A stretch of 64,000 bases of DNA from Candidatus Omnitrophota bacterium (GTDB lineage: Bacteria > Omnitrophota > Omnitrophia > Omnitrophales > JACQLI01): the NCBI GenBank assembly GCA_016179745.1, contig JACPCP010000011.1:41-64040 (forward strand), written 5' to 3'. Under the pieces are notes generated by a model. That model saw nothing but the letters and a program-made list of their open reading frames with translations. It searched no databases and was not told the DNA's origin. Below are positions 60,737 to 64,000 of the stretch, in pieces. Every line of letters begins with the position of its first letter. Within the stretch, counting starts at the first letter, position 1. Both the position numbers and the translations under genes were made by a program.

Positions 60737-61204
60737 TCAATTCCCGATCTCTTTCAGGATCCGGGTGGTGGAACGGCCGGGGAGAAGACGGATCCGCTTC
60801 ACCCGCCCTCCCCAGCTTTTGACCTCCCGGGCGCCGACGATTTCGCTTTCCCGCCAGTCCGCCCCCTTGACCAAAACATCCGGGCGGATTTCACAAATCA
60901 GCCGAAGCGGCGTCGTCTCCGAAAAAAGGGTGACAAAGTCGACTGCCTCAAGCGCAGCCATCACCCGAAGCCGGTCCGTCTCGGGATTCACCGGCCGGCC
61001 CGGACCTTTGATACGGCGGACCGAGGCATCCGAATTCAGTCCCAGCACGAGAAGATCGCCGAATTTCCGGGCCTTCTCCAAATACGTGACGTGACCGGCA
61101 TGCAGGAGGTCAAAACAACCGTTTGTGAAAACAACTTTCTTGCCGGCCCGGCGAAACTTTCGCAAGAGACGGACGAGCGCCCGGCGGGAACAAACTTTCT
61201 TCAA
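60737..61204 (-). CDS. hldC: D-glycero-beta-D-manno-heptose 1-phosphate adenylyltransferase (RfaE domain II type)
   Basis: KKVVFTNGCFDLLHAGHVTYL cytidylyltransferase motif. Start set to TTG 61204-61202, a TTGA overlap with the gmhA stop. The tracked ORF extends to 61309. Confidence 0.85.
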   Translation of the reverse strand: MKKVCSRRALVRLLRKFRRAGKKVVFTNGCFDLLHAGHVTYLEKARKFGDLLVLGLNSDASVRRIKGPGRPVNPETDRLRVMAALEAVDFVTLFSETTPLRLICEIRPDVLVKGADWRESEIVGAREVKSWGGRVKRIRLLPGRSTTRILKEIGN

Positions 61205-61794
61205 GGCAGGGAAAGGACGAGGTCTTCGACAGCTTCCGAAAGGGCGTGCAGGGCGGTGATGTGGACTTCCTGAATGTGCGGCGTCTCGGAGGCCCCGGCC
61301 AAAAAACAATGATCGACCGCCTGCTTTAACGCCCCTCCGTGACCGCCTGTGAATCCCACAGTCGTGATCCCTTTGGCCCTTGCCGCCTTTACGGCCTCCA
61401 GGACATTTTTTGAATTCCCGCTCGTTGACAAGGCAAAGAGGATGTCGCCTCTCACGCCGAGCCCCTCCACCTGGCGTGAAAAGACTTGCTCGTAACCGTA
61501 GTCGTTGCCAAGAGCGGTCAGAATGGACGAGTCGGTCGTCAGGGCCACGGCCGCCAGGCTTTTGCGTTCCCGTTTGAAGCGGCCGATGAACTCCGCCGCA
61601 ATGTGCTGGGAGTCAGCGGCGCTCCCCCCGTTGCCGCAAAGAAGAATTTTGCCGCCGGCCCTGAGGACCCCGGCGGTCAGGCCGGCAATTTTCTCCAGGA
61701 TTTCGATCTGAGAGGGGGTGAAACTTTTCTCCTGGGCCTCCCGGGCCTCCCGCAGAATTTCCGTCAAGGAACTTTTCTTCGTCAAGGTTTTCAT
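61201..61794 (-). CDS. gmhA: D-sedoheptulose 7-phosphate isomerase (SIS domain)
   Basis: 197 aa. ILLCGNGGSAADSQHIAAEF and ALSTSGNS motifs. Confidence 0.93.
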   Translation of the reverse strand: MKTLTKKSSLTEILREAREAQEKSFTPSQIEILEKIAGLTAGVLRAGGKILLCGNGGSAADSQHIAAEFIGRFKRERKSLAAVALTTDSSILTALGNDYGYEQVFSRQVEGLGVRGDILFALSTSGNSKNVLEAVKAARAKGITTVGFTGGHGGALKQAVDHCFLAGASETPHIQEVHITALHALSEAVEDLVLSLP

Positions 61795-62813
61795 CCGAAA
61801 AAGGTGCGCGCCACTTGATAAAACTTCTTATCAACGGTCTTGATCTGCTTGACCGCCTCGGCGAGCGGGACTTCCTTGATCTCCCGTCCCCGAAGACTGA
61901 CCATCCGGCCAAATTTCTTTTCCTTGACCAATTCCACGGCATGAACCCCAAAACGGGTCCCCAAAACCCGGTCAAAGGCCGTCGGGGAACCTCCCCGCTG
62001 AATGTGCCCCAGGACCGTCACCCGGGTTTCATAACCGGTCTTTTTTTCGATGAGTTCTCCCACCGCTTGCCCGATCCCTCCGAGGCGGACATGGCCGAAC
62101 TGGTCCAATTTCTCCGCCGCCACTTCCTTTCCGCTCAGCTTGGCCCCTTCGGCCACGGCCACGATGCTGAAGGTCTTGCCCCGGGAATGGCGGCGCTTGA
62201 TCACGGCGCACACTTCATCGATATCGATGGGAAATTCCGGGATGAGAATCACGTCGGCCCCTCCGGCCAGACCCGCTTCCAGGGCAATCCATCCGGCGTG
62301 GCGGCCCATGATCTCAACCACCATCACCCGGTTGTGCGATTCGGCGGTCGTGTGGAGCCGGTCAATGCATTCCATGGCAATGTTGACGGCCGTGTCAAAA
62401 CCAAAGGTGTAGTCGGTCGCATTGAGGTCGTTGTCGATCGTCTTGGGCACTCCCACGATCGGCAGTCCTTCTTCCGACAGGCGACTGGCCACGCCGAGCG
62501 TGTCTTCCCCGCCGACCGCTACGAGGGCCTTCAATCCGTGTTTCGTAAAATTGCTTTTGAGCCGGTCAACGTCCCCCTCTTCTTTGTAAGGGTTCGTCCG
62601 GGAGGTCCCCAGAATCGTTCCGCCTTTTGGGAGAATGCCTGAGACCGATTGCTCGTCAAGAATCACGAATTCATTTTCGATCATTCCCTTCCAGCCGTTC
62701 CGAAAACCCAAGACCTCCCAACCCTCCAGTTCCGCACGGCGGACGACCGCCCGGATCACGGGGTTCAACCCCGGACAATCGCCGCCCCCCGTCAAGATTC
62801 CAATTTTTTCCAT
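61791..62813 (-). CDS. pfk: 6-phosphofructokinase (signature residues suggest PPi dependence)
   Basis: 340 aa. IGILTGGGDCPGLN, VGGEDTLG and GVPKTIDNDL motifs. Confidence 0.9.
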   Translation of the reverse strand: MEKIGILTGGGDCPGLNPVIRAVVRRAELEGWEVLGFRNGWKGMIENEFVILDEQSVSGILPKGGTILGTSRTNPYKEEGDVDRLKSNFTKHGLKALVAVGGEDTLGVASRLSEEGLPIVGVPKTIDNDLNATDYTFGFDTAVNIAMECIDRLHTTAESHNRVMVVEIMGRHAGWIALEAGLAGGADVILIPEFPIDIDEVCAVIKRRHSRGKTFSIVAVAEGAKLSGKEVAAEKLDQFGHVRLGGIGQAVGELIEKKTGYETRVTVLGHIQRGGSPTAFDRVLGTRFGVHAVELVKEKKFGRMVSLRGREIKEVPLAEAVKQIKTVDKKFYQVARTFFG

Positions 62814-63368
62814 TTAGACTGGCTCCTCGATTTCCAATTGAGACGTTTCAACCTTGGTGACATCACAAAAAATCTCGAGACGGCAGCCCGCCCCCAGGAC
62901 CTTCTCGAGTCTCTCCCGAACCTCCCGCTGGACCTGGGCCAGAAGTTCCGGAAGATCCCCCCCGGACCAGATCACAAAGCGGAGCCGGATCTCCACCTCC
63001 CGGCCGTCAATCAGGACCTTGGTCTTCCACTCCTTGATGAGCGGGAACCGCCTCAGGACCTTTTTGACGATGTCTTCGATGGCGGCCGCCGAAACCACAA
63101 TCGGGCCGATCTCTCCCTGATAAATCAGGGCCTCGGTCTGCCGGCCCCGTTTGATCAGAATTTTCGCAAAGGCCAGACCCACAAAAATAAAGAGGAGGCC
63201 CACCATTCCGGTTTGCAGTGACCGCCAGGGGCTCGCATAGAGCTCCTGGATTCGAACCACCGCATCTTCCAGCGAAAGCAGGTGAAGCGCCACCATCAGG
63301 AGAAGACTCCCGAGGGTCAGGAAGGCCAGAATCGCAAATAAGGTTGCAAACGCATTAATGACCTTCAT
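62814..63368 (-). CDS. membrane protein, AmaP-like (alkaline-shock response membrane anchor)
   Basis: 184 aa. Two N-terminal TM segments, then an Asp23-like soluble region (IGPIVVSAAAIEDIVKKVLRRF...). The family call is from general resemblance only. Confidence 0.5.
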   Translation of the reverse strand: MKVINAFATLFAILAFLTLGSLLLMVALHLLSLEDAVVRIQELYASPWRSLQTGMVGLLFIFVGLAFAKILIKRGRQTEALIYQGEIGPIVVSAAAIEDIVKKVLRRFPLIKEWKTKVLIDGREVEIRLRFVIWSGGDLPELLAQVQREVRERLEKVLGAGCRLEIFCDVTKVETSQLEIEEPV

Positions 63369-63378
63369 TGAATGTCAA

Positions 63379-64000
63379 TCACGCCTCCTCCGTCTTCTCT
63401 TCCAAGGCCCCTATTTTACTGGCCGTGAACTGGGTATCAATGAAATTTGTGCTGACCTTTCCCTGGCGAAACCGGGGGCGGTTCAGGATTTTTTCATGAA
63501 GGCCCACGGTGGTGCGGACGGGACCGATCACGGTTTCCTTCAGGGCCCGCTGCATCACAGCGATCGCCTCGGGGCGGCTTGCAGCGTGCACCACGATTTT
63601 GGCAATGAGCGAATCGTAATAGGGCGGCACCAGGTAACCGGGAAAGAGATGGGAGTCCACCCGGACTCCCGGCCCCCCGGGAAGGTGCAGGGTCTCGATT
63701 TTCCCCGGGGAAGGCAGGAAACCCCGGTCCGGATCTTCGGCATTGATGCGGCACTCGATGGAATGGCCCGAAAACTTGATGTCCGCCTGACTCCATTTCA
63801 GCTTCTCACCGATCGCCACCCAAATTTGGGCCTTCACCAGGTCAATCCCTGTCACCATTTCGGTGACGGGATGCTCCACCTGGAGCCGGGTATTCATCTC
63901 CATAAAATAAAAACTTTCATCGCTGTCCAGCAGAAATTCCACCGTTCCGGCATTTTCGTATTTCACTTCCCGGGCCGCTTTCACGGCGGTTTCGCCGAGC
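63379..64000 (-). CDS. accC: acetyl-CoA carboxylase biotin carboxylase subunit, C-terminal part; gene continues past the right edge
   Basis: GTVEFLLD...[18 protein letters not shown] and the biotin carboxylase C-terminal domain. The reading frame stays open to position 64000. Confidence 0.92.
   Translation of the reverse strand, partial: LGETAVKAAREVKYENAGTVEFLLDSDESFYFMEMNTRLQVEHPVTEMVTGIDLVKAQIWVAIGEKLKWSQADIKFSGHSIECRINAEDPDRGFLPSPGKIETLHLPGGPGVRVDSHLFPGYLVPPYYDSLIAKIVVHAASRPEAIAVMQRALKETVIGPVRTTVGLHEKILNRPRFRQGKVSTNFIDTQFTASKIGALEEKTEEA

Noticed and set aside
1-64000. CRISPR arrays, rRNA genes, transposases, integrases, IS inverted repeats and prophage structural genes.
   Set aside because: I read through the intergenic regions and ORF translations and saw no regularly spaced direct repeats, no DDE or tyrosine/serine recombinase motifs, and no rRNA-like sequence.

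Overview
High-GC bacterial chromosome segment (hand counts of typical 60-nt lines give about 60% GC). It probably comes from an uncultured Gram-negative lineage, since LPS-heptose genes, an OmpA-like lipoprotein and SPOR proteins are present. About 60 genes lie on the minus strand, many joined by ATGA/GTGA/TTGA stop-start overlaps; only two genes (24109-25096) are on the plus strand. The ORF track accepts ATG, GTG and TTG starts and takes the most upstream one, so many tracked ORFs are 5'-extended. I re-set starts where the upstream gene's stop, a checked start codon or a family-typical N-terminus supported it. Most content is housekeeping. In window order: thiolase (partial), cNMP-binding patatin lipase, glpK, a PilZ-yajQ-PilZ cluster, SPOR proteins, a GH1 glycosidase, lepB-lepA, rpe, an M16 peptidase, ruvX, trpA-trpB, a BatD/BatE-like fusion, an M48 protease fusion, uvrD/pcrA, the glycine-cleavage operon with a lipoyl ligase, heme genes (hemH, hemY, a hemD-hemE fusion), a dcw cluster (ftsA, ftsQ, ddl, murB, murC, murG, ftsW, murD, mraY, murF, murE), a GAF/HD-GYP protein, dgt, a HIT protein, tRNA-Gly(CCC), thiE, heptose genes, pfk and accC (partial). 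Four loci look accessory or unusual. (1) A sharply AT-rich single gene (27557-28903) encodes a membrane-anchored trypsin-fold protease with an unrecognised N-terminal domain. (2) A ParB-like / zeta-toxin-like P-loop / untracked 55-aa ORF cassette lies at 19001-20704. (3) A DUF1016-N::SNase nuclease is wedged inside the heme cluster (36291-37355). (4) An archaeal-type ATPase with an REase-like tail sits next to the tRNA, followed by the HIT and dGTPase genes (55262-58517). I saw no CRISPR array, rRNA, integrase or transposase. All product calls rest on motif recognition by eye; no database search was run.
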